Shown here one piece after another: positions 21,140-29,898 of a stretch of 64,000 nt of DNA. Each line of letters begins with the position of its first letter. Within the stretch, counting starts at the first letter, position 1. The position numbers and the translations under genes were made by a program. Origin of the DNA: Candidatus Komeilibacteria bacterium RIFOXYD1_FULL_37_29 (GTDB lineage: Bacteria; Patescibacteriota; Patescibacteriia; UBA1558; GWA2-36-10); contig MHKS01000002.1 of NCBI GenBank assembly GCA_001818495.1, positions 16,120-80,119 of the forward strand, read 5' to 3'. The notes beneath the pieces are model-generated. The model made no database searches. It worked only from the letters and a program-made list of their open reading frames with translations, and had not been told where the DNA came from.

Positions 21140-21216
21140 TGGTGGACCCAAGGGGATTCGAACTCCTGACCTCCTCGGTGCAAACGAGGCGCTCTAGCCA
21201 ACTGAGCTATGGGCCC
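21140..21216 (-). tRNA. tRNA-Ala (anticodon TGC)
   Basis: GGGCCCAUAGCUCAG...; anticodon loop UUUGCAC; G3:U70 Ala identity pair present; encoded CCA. Confidence 0.9.
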
Positions 21217-21229
21217 AAAATGAATTGAT

Positions 21230-21318
21230 TGGTGCCGAAGAGAGGATTTGAACCTCCACACCCAAGAACGGGTACAAGCCCCTCAAGCTTGCGTGTCTAC
21301 CAATTTCACCACTTCGGC
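21230..21318 (-). tRNA. tRNA-Leu (anticodon GAG)
   Basis: 89 nt with long variable arm; anticodon loop UUGAGGG; T-loop GGUUCAAAUCC; encoded CCA. Confidence 0.85.
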
Positions 21319-21353
21319 AGGGAGTTCAAATAGACCAATTACAATATAATAAT

Positions 21354-21737
21354 TTAGGAAATTTTGTTCTCTTTGAGTTTTTTCTTGTAATCTCTAAGAT
21401 AAGAAAGCTTGGCGCGGTTTACCTGAGCTTGTTTGACTGGCTCTATTTTAACAATCAGTGGTGAACTCAAGGGAAATATTTTTTCTACACCGACACCGTC
21501 TGATATTTTTCGGACAGTAATAGTAGCTCCAATTTCTTGGCGGTGTTTTCTGGCCAAGACAATACCTTCAAAAATTTGAATTCTTTGTTTTTCTTCGCCT
21601 TTGGCATTTTTCTCGCGGATGGTTTCGTGAATGCGGACAGTCATACCAGGTTTAATCTCGGTATTTGATTTTCCTCCGGACTTATTTTCAGCAGTTTTTT
21701 CAACTTCTTTTGGACCGGTCTTTTTTTCTTCAGACAT
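21354..21737 (-). CDS. rplS: 50S ribosomal protein L19
   Basis: 127 aa; PGMTVRIHETI...QIFEGIVLARKHRQ...TVRKISDGVGVEKIFPLSSP matches L19; Lys-rich N-terminal extension. Confidence 0.85.
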   Translation of the reverse strand: MSEEKKTGPKEVEKTAENKSGGKSNTEIKPGMTVRIHETIREKNAKGEEKQRIQIFEGIVLARKHRQEIGATITVRKISDGVGVEKIFPLSSPLIVKIEPVKQAQVNRAKLSYLRDYKKKLKENKIS

Positions 21738-21940
21738 AATATCTTGGTTATTTATTATTGAGCCCCTTTAATTAATTTTTAATAGGGCGAAATCCCCCGT
21801 AGTTTTAAAACTTCGTATTATTAGTAAATACATACGAAGGGGGATAAAAAAAGCCATTAATGAAATAATGACGTATCTATTTTAGCCGATTTTGCCCATT
21901 TTGTCAATATTGGTAATAGGCGGACAATGGGGGGTATTTT

Positions 21941-22498
21941 TTAGTATTTATTTAGTATTTTTACTACTTTTTCAATGGTTTGCTCAGCTTTGTTATTGTA
22001 GTTGATAATTTTATAATCAAAATACTCCGCCTGATCAATAGTTGATTTGGCCTGGGCAATTCGAAGATTTTTCATAGTTTTACTCATTTTTCTTTGGCCA
22101 ATTCTAGCTATCAGGTCTTCAATTTTTTCTGGCAAGATGAAAATGGAAATATGGCGAGGAAATTTTTTCTTGATACTTCTAGCGCCTTGGACATCTATAT
22201 TCATTAGGACATTGTGGGTCCGGAGAGTTTCTTCTAGGGCCTGCCTACTGGTGCCATAAAAATTTCCATAAACTTGGGCCCATTCAACAAATTTTTCTTC
22301 ATCCATCATGTTTCTAAATTCTTTCTCCGAAATATAATGCATGATTTTGTCCTCGGACTCTTTGTCTCTTTTGTCTCGGGTAGTATAAGTAGTGGATGGT
22401 TTAAAGTTTTTTAGCTGCTTTAAAACACCTTTAGCAATAGTAGTTTTGCCAACCGCTGATGGTCCAGTAATAATAGCTATTATTTTTTCCGCCTTCAT
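21941..22498 (-). CDS. gmk: Guanylate kinase
   Basis: 185 aa; P-loop GPSAVGKTT, TTRDKR, YGNFYGTS. Confidence 0.8.
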   Translation of the reverse strand: MKAEKIIAIITGPSAVGKTTIAKGVLKQLKNFKPSTTYTTRDKRDKESEDKIMHYISEKEFRNMMDEEKFVEWAQVYGNFYGTSRQALEETLRTHNVLMNIDVQGARSIKKKFPRHISIFILPEKIEDLIARIGQRKMSKTMKNLRIAQAKSTIDQAEYFDYKIINYNNKAEQTIEKVVKILNKY

Positions 22499-23401
22499 TT
22501 ATTTGGCTTTGTTTAAAAAGTCTTGCAGTAGGCCTGGTAGTTTTGAATTGTATTCTCTGTTATTTCCAGCTAGATCTTTAAATTTTAAGTAACTGGCGTG
22601 TAAAAATATTCTTTGCTCCAATACTTTTTTCTTTTTTCGGATATCTTTGGTTTGATATAGCTTGTCCCCGACAACTGAATGACCAATACTATAAAAATGG
22701 GCGCGGATTTGGTGCATACGGCCAGTTTTTATCTGTACTTTAAGCAAAGTGTAATTTATTAATTTTTTTACTACCTGATAAATCGTTATTGCTGGCTTAT
22801 CTAGATATTTATCAGACTGGACTTTCATCAGGCCAGTTTTTTTGTCGCGCTCTAGAGGTGTGTTTACTTCACCACTTTCATTGATCATTTGGCCGTGGAC
22901 TAGAGCGGTATATTCTTTGGTAATAGTCCGATCTTGAAATTGGTTTTTTAGATTATCAAAACTAGCTTGAGTCAGCGGGATAACCATCAGTCCCGATACT
23001 TCTTTGTCCAATCGATGGACTATAGCCGGTCGGGTAGGGTCATCACCAATTTTTTTGGTTTGGGGAAATTCTTGAATCAACCAGTCGGCCAGGGTGTTGG
23101 TTTCTTTCTTATCAGTCGGGTGGGTCAAGAGATTGTGTGGTTTTTCTATAATCAAAAACTCGTCGGTTTTTTCTACTATCTTAGGCAGAGCTGGAAAGTC
23201 AGCGGGTTTGGCTGCCTTTAATTGCGCATAGTCAATTTTGTCGCCAGGCTTAAGCCAATGATGGACACTAGCCAACCGTTCATTGACGCTGACTTGGCCA
23301 TCTAAAATAATTTTTTTAATCTGACTGCGGGATATACCAAGATGCTGGATTAAATATTTATCCAAGCGTTCTTTGTCAGTTCCTTGATAATTTATCTTCA
23401 T
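22499..23401 (-). CDS. rluD: RluA-family 23S rRNA pseudouridine synthase (RluD-like) with S4 domain
   Basis: 300 aa; HRLDKEVSGLMV catalytic motif; N-terminal S4-like; stop abuts gmk start. Confidence 0.8.
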   Translation of the reverse strand: MKINYQGTDKERLDKYLIQHLGISRSQIKKIILDGQVSVNERLASVHHWLKPGDKIDYAQLKAAKPADFPALPKIVEKTDEFLIIEKPHNLLTHPTDKKETNTLADWLIQEFPQTKKIGDDPTRPAIVHRLDKEVSGLMVIPLTQASFDNLKNQFQDRTITKEYTALVHGQMINESGEVNTPLERDKKTGLMKVQSDKYLDKPAITIYQVVKKLINYTLLKVQIKTGRMHQIRAHFYSIGHSVVGDKLYQTKDIRKKKKVLEQRIFLHASYLKFKDLAGNNREYNSKLPGLLQDFLNKAK

Positions 23402-23499
23402 ACCTATAATTTAACAGATATTGGATTAAAAATAAAGTTTAGCAAATAAAAAGGCGGCACTCTAAACAGAGCACCACCAACCGAGGCACCAACATTACC

Positions 23500-23691
23500 T
23501 CAGCTATTCTGCCCGGAAAGCTCCTGGCAGACTGTCCCAAAGGGGAAGAAATGATCTGGCTCGTCCAGATCTCGGTTGAAATCGATCATTTCCAGAGGGT
23601 CCTCTGATTCGAAGGGACCACGATTGCCAATGCCAGACATAGAATTACCGCCTTTCGGGTACTTTATTAAGTGGAGAGGACTAGTAAACAA
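23500..23691 (-). CDS. Hypothetical 63-aa protein (uncertain; region may instead be a structured RNA)
   Basis: ORF lies in a ~50% GC patch with multiple stable hairpins; no SD; no recognisable domain. Confidence 0.2.
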   Translation of the reverse strand: MFTSPLHLIKYPKGGNSMSGIGNRGPFESEDPLEMIDFNRDLDEPDHFFPFGTVCQELSGQNS

Positions 23692-23801
23692 GCTACTTTA
23701 TCATAATATAACGTTTTAGTCAATCCCGTAAAGATACTTGTCTATAAGTTATATTAAAAAATACCCCCCAAGGGGTATTTTGTTATTGAACTATAGTAAA
23801 A

Positions 23802-24113
23802 TTATTTTTTTATTTTCAGTTTAGATTCAACTAATTTGTAAATTGTTATAATAAAATAGGGTTGTATCAGCATAAATAAATACTCTTCTAGCGGCATTAA
23901 CCCTATTGTAATACCAAGATTTTTTTCAGGAAGAAAAAGCCAGTGCCCTCTATAAATAGCGAATGTGTCCCAGGCTACGCCTATTAAAAATAATACTAGT
24001 GTAATTATAACTCTTTCTTTTTTAGTATTAAAAAGTTGTAAGTGGCAAGTTTTTTCTAGCCAAATAGTTATACCAAGGACTATTAGTAAAATGATTAGGT
24101 ATTCAGAAGCCAT
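23802..24113 (-). CDS. Lycopene cyclase domain-containing small membrane protein (CrtYcd-like)
   Basis: 103 aa, 3 TM; PLEEYLFML resembles the PxEE(x)3F motif of the heterodimeric lycopene cyclase domain. Confidence 0.4.
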   Translation of the reverse strand: MASEYLIILLIVLGITIWLEKTCHLQLFNTKKERVIITLVLFLIGVAWDTFAIYRGHWLFLPEKNLGITIGLMPLEEYLFMLIQPYFIITIYKLVESKLKIKK

Positions 24114-24146
24114 GTTTTTTGTAAATGTAGGTAGATATATTTAGGA

Positions 24147-24222
24147 TGGTGCCCTCACCAGGATTCGAACCTGGGACCGTTTGCTTAAGAGGCAACTGCT
24201 CTACCAACTGAGCTATAAGGGC
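24147..24222 (-). tRNA. tRNA-Lys (anticodon CTT)
   Basis: GCCCUUAUAGCUCAGUUGG...; anticodon loop CUCUUAA; encoded CCA. Confidence 0.85.
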
Positions 24223-24231
24223 TGGTTTTTT

Positions 24232-24308
24232 TGGTGCACCCGGCAGGATTTGAACCCGCAACCTACTGGTCCGAAGCCAGCCGCTCTATCCAATTGAGCT
24301 ACAGGTGC
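24232..24308 (-). tRNA. tRNA-Arg (anticodon TCG)
   Basis: GCACCUGUAGCUCAAUUGG...; anticodon stem GCUGG/CCAGU, loop CUUCGGA; encoded CCA. Confidence 0.85.
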
Positions 24309-24380
24309 TTAAATTAAAAAAAGCTTTATAAAAGCCATGAAGTCCCAACACTATAACATAATAATCTAGATAAATCAAGA

Positions 24381-25337
24381 CTAATATTTAACAAACGGAT
24401 CAATATAAATCTCTTTTATTTCAGCTTGAGCAGAAGAAAATTTTTCCCAAATCATATCTTCTATAGCTGGCGCTAATTGGCTAGCAATGGCTTGGAGCAA
24501 TATTTTATTATTGACGCTGAAGTTACTTTTATCACTTCTGTCTCCCAAAATTATAAAACCAAAAACACGGTTTTTGACATGGATAGGAGAAATAATGAGG
24601 TTGTTGCATTTATAGGGTAAATCAGAGGATCCTTTGGGCCAAGTGTCAAAATCAAACACACTGGTGCCCGGCTCTTTAACCAATAAATTTAAAACATGAT
24701 CTTTGTGGGCGTCTATATATTGACCTTCTTTGATATTGGGATAGCCAAGGCTTTTGTGGACTAGAGCTTTTTTTGTTTCTGGTGAATAGGTTAAAAATAA
24801 GGCGCGGTCAAAGGGAATAATATTTTGGATAATATCTACAATCGCACCGCTTAGTTCATTGAAGCTATTGTAAGAGCCGATCATTTTTCCGGTAGTAAAC
24901 AGAGTGACTAGTTTATTATTGGCATGGTTTAATCTATTTTTGAGATTTCTAGCGATGTTTTGATAAACCTTTTCTGCTAGCTGAGGAGCTTTTTTAATAA
25001 TAGTATACCAATTGTAGCTAGACAGTTCCCATCCGCTAAAATTTGGACTGACTACTTTGACATTATAATTATGGTGACTGCTATTATCTATTAAAGCCAT
25101 TTCTCCCAAGCTGTCGCCTTGTTTAAAGAGGGCAATGGTCTTGGGCCCTTTTAGTTCGGCTTCTAGGACTACCAAGCCCTCATCAACAATGATTATTTTG
25201 TCGCGTATTTTTCCTTTGGTAAAGATCAAATCGTCTTGTTTGTATTTTGTGTCAATCAAAAAAGTTTTGACCAAATCCAACTCTTCGCTGGTGAGATTTT
25301 TAAAGAGGGGGATATTTTTTATTTCCATTTTACTCAT
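24381..25337 (-). CDS. Cyclic nucleotide-binding (cNMP) domain + GAF domain protein
   Basis: 318 aa; N-terminal cNMP-binding beta-barrel signature (FKQGDSLGEMALI); C-terminal GAF-like region; 3-bp gap from pilT (operon). Confidence 0.5.
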   Translation of the reverse strand: MSKMEIKNIPLFKNLTSEELDLVKTFLIDTKYKQDDLIFTKGKIRDKIIIVDEGLVVLEAELKGPKTIALFKQGDSLGEMALIDNSSHHNYNVKVVSPNFSGWELSSYNWYTIIKKAPQLAEKVYQNIARNLKNRLNHANNKLVTLFTTGKMIGSYNSFNELSGAIVDIIQNIIPFDRALFLTYSPETKKALVHKSLGYPNIKEGQYIDAHKDHVLNLLVKEPGTSVFDFDTWPKGSSDLPYKCNNLIISPIHVKNRVFGFIILGDRSDKSNFSVNNKILLQAIASQLAPAIEDMIWEKFSSAQAEIKEIYIDPFVKY

Positions 25338-25339
25338 GA

Positions 25340-26371
25340 CTATTGTAAATTATTAAGGTAGGCCAAGGCAGTGGTTTCTTCTATTAGCCCCTCCTCCAAC
25401 AACTCTTTGATATTTTGTTCCATAGAAAACATGCCTTCATCGGCGCTGGTTTGAATGACACTTTTAATCTGCGGAATTTTATTTTCGCGGATAATATTGG
25501 CGACCGCTGGAGTATTGATTAGTATCTCTCTAGCCGCTACTCGTCCACCGCCGGTTTTTGGTAAAAGCTGTTGGGAGATAATGCCGTTTAAAGAAATAGA
25601 CAATTGTAATCTGACTTGAGATTGTTGGTGGGGTGGGAAAACATCAATAATACGATCAATGGTTTGGGCAGCATTGTGGGTGTGTAAAGTAGCTAGGACC
25701 AAGTGACCAGTTTCAGCTAGAGTAATCGTAGCCGACATAGATTCTAGGTCTCTAACTTCGCCGACCATGATGACATTGGGGTCTTGACGCAAGACATGGC
25801 GTAAGGCCGAGTCGAAAGATAGCATATCGTTGCCTAGTTGGCGCTGTTTGATGATACTTTTATTGGGCTTGTGAATGTATTCTATCGGATCTTCCAAAGT
25901 GATGATATTGGCAAAACGCATGGAATTTATTTTTTCTACCATAGCGGCCAAAGTAGTAGATTTACCGCAACCAGTCGGACCAGTGACTAGGAGTAATCCG
26001 GCGGTACGCTCTATCATTTCATTGACAATCGGTGGTAGTCCCAAATCTTCCATATTAGGCACATCATTGGAGATAACTCGAGCCACTAGACCGATATTGT
26101 CTTTTTCCCAGTGTAAGTTGACACGATAGCGAGAAAATTTGGGTATTTCATAGGAGAGGTCTAGTTCTCTTTCTTCAATGAATTTGTTTTTTTGTCTTTC
26201 AGTCAAAACGCTAAAGATCATTTCTTCAGCTTTGGTTTTAGTGATTTCCGGTTCGCCGTCGATAAATTTAAGTTCGCCATCTATTCGTAATATTGGTGGT
26301 TTACCGACAATAATATGTAAATCAGAGGCTTTACACTCAGTTGCTTTTTTAAATAAAGAGTTAATATTCAT
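25340..26371 (-). CDS. pilT: Type IV pilus retraction ATPase PilT
   Basis: 343 aa; Walker A GPTGCGKSTT, conserved PilT Asp/His boxes, typical length. Confidence 0.85.
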   Translation of the reverse strand: MNINSLFKKATECKASDLHIIVGKPPILRIDGELKFIDGEPEITKTKAEEMIFSVLTERQKNKFIEERELDLSYEIPKFSRYRVNLHWEKDNIGLVARVISNDVPNMEDLGLPPIVNEMIERTAGLLLVTGPTGCGKSTTLAAMVEKINSMRFANIITLEDPIEYIHKPNKSIIKQRQLGNDMLSFDSALRHVLRQDPNVIMVGEVRDLESMSATITLAETGHLVLATLHTHNAAQTIDRIIDVFPPHQQSQVRLQLSISLNGIISQQLLPKTGGGRVAAREILINTPAVANIIRENKIPQIKSVIQTSADEGMFSMEQNIKELLEEGLIEETTALAYLNNLQ

Positions 26372-26459
26372 TGTTTGTTTTTAATTTTTTAGCATTTTTA
26401 TTATACCACAAAATAAAAAAAACGTCCTCGTTGACCGAAAAGACGTTTTTATTAAATAT

Positions 26460-26984
26460 TTATTTAACGACAGCTAGTTTTTTGTGTTTGATAGCCAAAG
26501 CGATGGCTTCCCAAGCACCAAAAATTATTAGGGAATAGCTGATATCACTTAGTAAAGTGGCCTTAAAGAAGGGAATAGCTAGAGTATAAGACCAAGCTAG
26601 TCCAGCCAGATCATGACTATACCAAGTGCCAAAATACCAGACCGCAAAATTGGTCAGCAGGAAAAATAGCAAAGATGAAGCCAGGGCAGAAGTAGTGATA
26701 TTTAAGAAGTTTTTGTTTTTCTTGAGCCACATGCCAAGTAGGCCGATTAGCGCCAGTGATCCATAAACAGATAGCATGATTTCAAATTTGTAAAAGCCTA
26801 TAAATAGATCGGAAATAAACAAAGCTATTAAAGGTAAGATAATATATTTTTTGGATTGTCCATAGACACCAGTAAAAAGCGCTACGCTAGCTAGCGGAGA
26901 GAAATTTGGCAGATGTGGTATTAGCCGAGCGACGACCGCCACAGTGCAGATAATTAATATTAATAATATATTTTTTTTGTTCAT
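26460..26984 (-). CDS. Polytopic membrane protein, possible ECF-type S component (CbrT-like?)
   Basis: 174 aa, 5-6 TM; context next to DUF4430 and BtuR suggests a cobalamin-uptake role; sequence family not firmly recognised. Confidence 0.3.
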   Translation of the reverse strand: MNKKNILLILIICTVAVVARLIPHLPNFSPLASVALFTGVYGQSKKYIILPLIALFISDLFIGFYKFEIMLSVYGSLALIGLLGMWLKKNKNFLNITTSALASSLLFFLLTNFAVWYFGTWYSHDLAGLAWSYTLAIPFFKATLLSDISYSLIIFGAWEAIALAIKHKKLAVVK

Positions 26985-27010
26985 ATTTTGAATTCACCCT
27001 ATATAATTAT

Positions 27011-27427
27011 TTAAAATTCTGATTCCATAAACTTCCATTCAATTATTGATCCGTCAGGAGGGAAATATTTGTCAGCTGAGACTTGGACCTGCTTGCTGTC
27101 TGCAAAAAATTGCCAGTATTTTTGATCTTGACCATTCGCTTTGTCTTTGATTTGGACAATCAAGACACCCATGTCCCCATAATCTTTAAAATCATAAGCC
27201 CATTTTTCCTGGCCAGCTATATTTTGTGTTATTTCAGATAGACTAAGTGGTTCTGGGTTTTTGATATTGAAAGAAACTTGTTCGGTTTCGGAAAAATAAA
27301 AAGCTACAATAATATTTTGGGGCTGATTGGCGTTTGGGGTGGTGTCAGCCACTGGTTTTTTTTGCCAAAAATAAAAAATTGCCCCAATGACGATGATTAA
27401 AATTACAAGAATTGATAATTTTTTCAT
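27011..27427 (-). CDS. DUF4430 domain secreted protein (B12-binding-associated family)
   Basis: 138 aa with signal peptide; C-terminal ...KYFPPDGSIIEWKF resembles DUF4430 Y-x-[LV]-x-DGD-x-[IV]-x-W motif. Confidence 0.45.
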   Translation of the reverse strand: MKKLSILVILIIVIGAIFYFWQKKPVADTTPNANQPQNIIVAFYFSETEQVSFNIKNPEPLSLSEITQNIAGQEKWAYDFKDYGDMGVLIVQIKDKANGQDQKYWQFFADSKQVQVSADKYFPPDGSIIEWKFMESEF

Positions 27428-27473
27428 AGTTATATTTTTTATTCCTCAACTACTCTCAGGAGGACTCTAGAGA

Positions 27474-28016
27474 TCAAAATTCAATGCCTTTTCTAGCTCC
27501 TAGTCCAGTAGTCATATAGTGTTTGAGGGGCTTCATCTCAGTAATCAGATCCGCTCGTTCCATTACTTTATCAGGGCAATAGCGACCAGTCAAGACTAAT
27601 TCTAGATTGGCTGGTTTTTGTTCCAATAAATTTAAAATATCGTCTAGTTCTAAGAGGTCGGTAGCTACGGTGGTATTTATTTCATCCAAAATTAAGAGAT
27701 CAAAAGCTTCTTTCATCCACTCTAATGCTTGTCTGATAGCCAGCTGAGCCTGCTCTAGATCTTTTTGGTTATTTTGAAAGCGAAAACCTCGGCCGTCACT
27801 CATCCGTGCTTCGCCAAAAGCCAAATATTTTAAGCCGTCGGTGGTCAACTTGTCCAAAATCTTTCTCTCGCCATAATAATCGCCACCTTTATCAAAATAA
27901 ATAATACCAACTTTTAGACCATTGCCAATGGCTCGAATAGCCAGACCCAGAGAAGCAGTGGTTTTGCCCTTGCCGTCCCCAGTATAAATATGTATTTTAC
28001 CGGTAGTTTTTTGCAT
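27474..28016 (-). CDS. Cob(I)yrinic acid a,c-diamide / cob(I)alamin adenosyltransferase (BtuR/CobA/CobO family)
   Basis: 180 aa; IHIYTGDGKGKTTASLGLAIRAIGNGLKVGIIYFDKGG canonical. Confidence 0.85.
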   Translation of the reverse strand: MQKTTGKIHIYTGDGKGKTTASLGLAIRAIGNGLKVGIIYFDKGGDYYGERKILDKLTTDGLKYLAFGEARMSDGRGFRFQNNQKDLEQAQLAIRQALEWMKEAFDLLILDEINTTVATDLLELDDILNLLEQKPANLELVLTGRYCPDKVMERADLITEMKPLKHYMTTGLGARKGIEF

Positions 28017-28158
28017 TTCGTAGATTATTTTTAGAAGTTTATTTACCCTTATTTTACCTTGCTATTATTTGTTTAGTCAAACTATTTTACTTAGTCATTT
28101 TGGCTCTTTAATTAGATTATGCTATTCTTTAATTAGAAGATTATTAATAAATATTATT

Positions 28159-28722
28159 ATGGGTCTATTGGGAGATATTTTAAAAAAGAAATTGCCTACT
28201 GGTCGTAAATTTCAAGCCAAAGTAGGGTCAGGTAGTTTGGAAAAAAAGCTCTATGAAGCTACTCGTTCTGGTGCCTTGGATAATCTAGCTGATAATCAGG
28301 AATTGATTAAGCAGATAGCCTCTAAGCGGCAGTCAGATATTCGCGGCGGTCATTATACTAGTGAAGAAAGGAAGACAGATATAGAGAGGGCTTTTAAAGA
28401 CAAGAGTTTAAGTCAGGACGACAAAAAAGAACTGAAAGGTATTGTAGAATATTGGGGCAAGGGTGATCAGTCAACTGGTAATACAGCACCAGTTAAGCCA
28501 ACTGAACCAAGTGCTGCTTTAAAAAGAGCAGCCGAAGCTAGAGCTAGACTTAATCCAGAACCAGTTAGAGAGTTGCCGGATTTTTTGAAACATAGAGGGA
28601 GCGTATCGGTTTCTAAAAATCCTTGGTCTGGCGCCGGAAATAATAGTGGTGGTTTGGGTGGAGGGATATCGGCTGGCATGAATCAGGGTAAGGGTTTTAG
28701 AAAACCAACTTTACTTAAATAA
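28159..28722 (+). CDS. Hypothetical protein with Gly-rich C-terminus
   Basis: ORF 28069-28722; upstream part is AT-rich promoter-like sequence, so start at ATG 28159 (MGLLGDILKK) preferred. Confidence 0.35.
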   Translation: MGLLGDILKKKLPTGRKFQAKVGSGSLEKKLYEATRSGALDNLADNQELIKQIASKRQSDIRGGHYTSEERKTDIERAFKDKSLSQDDKKELKGIVEYWGKGDQSTGNTAPVKPTEPSAALKRAAEARARLNPEPVRELPDFLKHRGSVSVSKNPWSGAGNNSGGLGGGISAGMNQGKGFRKPTLLK

Positions 28723-28735
28723 TTTTTTAATTTTT

Positions 28736-28789
28736 AAATCCCACCGTAGCTGTTCACATTTGATGTGATTGACGCGGTGGGATTTTTGT
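28736..28789 (+). terminator. Rho-independent terminator (aatcccaccg...cggtgggatt + T-run)
   Basis: seen directly. Confidence 0.6.
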
Positions 28790-28911
28790 ATCTTTTTAGT
28801 ACTGGACAGATTAATATAGCTCTGCTAAGATCGGAAGAATGATTTATTAGTCATAGTTCTATACATTAGACAATTAAAGCCAAATAACACTATTATGGAA
28901 AGAGGTGTAAT

Positions 28912-29427
28912 ATGTCTGAAAACTGTCAAGCTTTTATTAGTGTTAGAGACACTAAGGGGCTTTTGGAGTTGGCGGGTCACTTGACGGCCGCTGGTTATGC
29001 TCTGACTTGTTCGGTCGAGACAGCTTCTTTTTTGGGCCAAAATGGTGTTGAGGTGGCCCAACTGGTATCTGAGGTCGACATGCCTCAATTTGATCTGGTG
29101 GTCTGCGATCTCTTTGATTTTCAGAATCTGATGAATCAAGAGGGTGGGCTGACCGAAGAAGAGGCTAGAGCTAAGATGGATTTGGAACACCAGGCTATTA
29201 TTTTGGTGGCGGCTGCAAACTACCACCAGACAGCCATCATCTGTGAGGGTGGTGACTATCGCCGCTTGAAAGAGCATCTTAAGCACTTGGGGGAAACTAC
29301 CCCGACTTTTCGTAAGTATTTGGCGGCCAAAGCTTTTCGCAAAGTGGCCGAACACAACTTTGCCATCTCGGCCTATCTCAACTTGACCGGCGCCAATGTC
29401 GGCCAGCAGGAAACTCTGCCTTTGTAA
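28912..29427 (+). CDS. Stand-alone MGS-like domain protein (PurH N-terminal/IMP cyclohydrolase-like fold)
   Basis: 171 aa; AFISVRDTKGLLELAGHL...GYALTCSVETASFL...VEVAQLVSEV...FDLVVCDLFDF parallels the PurH MGS-like domain; SD aaagaggtg; ~50% GC; the antisense ORF 28825-29457 is rejected. Confidence 0.5.
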   Translation: MSENCQAFISVRDTKGLLELAGHLTAAGYALTCSVETASFLGQNGVEVAQLVSEVDMPQFDLVVCDLFDFQNLMNQEGGLTEEEARAKMDLEHQAIILVAAANYHQTAIICEGGDYRRLKEHLKHLGETTPTFRKYLAAKAFRKVAEHNFAISAYLNLTGANVGQQETLPL

Positions 29428-29539
29428 AAAGGAGATCAATATGAATTGTCTAAGCACCTCCGGAGAAATTCGGAGGTGCTTTATTTTACAGATAGTAGGC
29501 TTGATTTTTTACTAAATATTTGCTATATTAGCCTGTTTA

Positions 29540-29782
29540 ATGACAATGAGGTCATTGGACAAAGCAAAAGAAAGGATTGGTCAAATGGAGAAGATTAAGA
29601 TTTTTATCAGCGGAACCAATGATGAATTCACTGAGCTGGAGAACCGGATCAACACCTGGTTCTCAAAAAATGAAGGCATCACCATCACCGCTCGGCAGGT
29701 TAAGACCGTGTCTACCGTCAATTTCAAAGGCGAGCCCATTGTCAACTGCACCATCGTGATCTTCTATCAGCCCAAGGCCTGA
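29540..29782 (+). CDS. Hypothetical small protein
   Basis: 80 aa, no recognisable domain; inside GC-rich island. Confidence 0.25.
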   Translation: MTMRSLDKAKERIGQMEKIKIFISGTNDEFTELENRINTWFSKNEGITITARQVKTVSTVNFKGEPIVNCTIVIFYQPKA

Positions 29783-29898
29783 TCAAAAACGTTGCGGAGT
29801 CGAGCGCATCGACTGCCCCGTTACAACCCACAATCACACAGATTGTCGATAAGGGTTGTTTTTAATATAAAAAAAGACCCCGGCATTTGCCTGTTGTG

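Noticed and set aside
23460-23560. SRP RNA domain-IV-like string CCCGGAAAGCUCCUGGCAG
   Set aside because: It lacks the universally conserved GGAAGCAGC arrangement and a closing helix around a GNRA tetraloop. It could not be folded into a 4.5S-like hairpin.
28825-29457. 210-aa minus-strand ORF antisense to the MGS-like gene
   Set aside because: It is exactly antisense to a plus-strand ORF with clear domain similarity (PurH N-terminal MGS-like) and a good SD. The region is GC-rich, which inflates spurious antisense ORFs. The minus ORF is rich in Arg/Leu/Ser, as expected from antisense translation.
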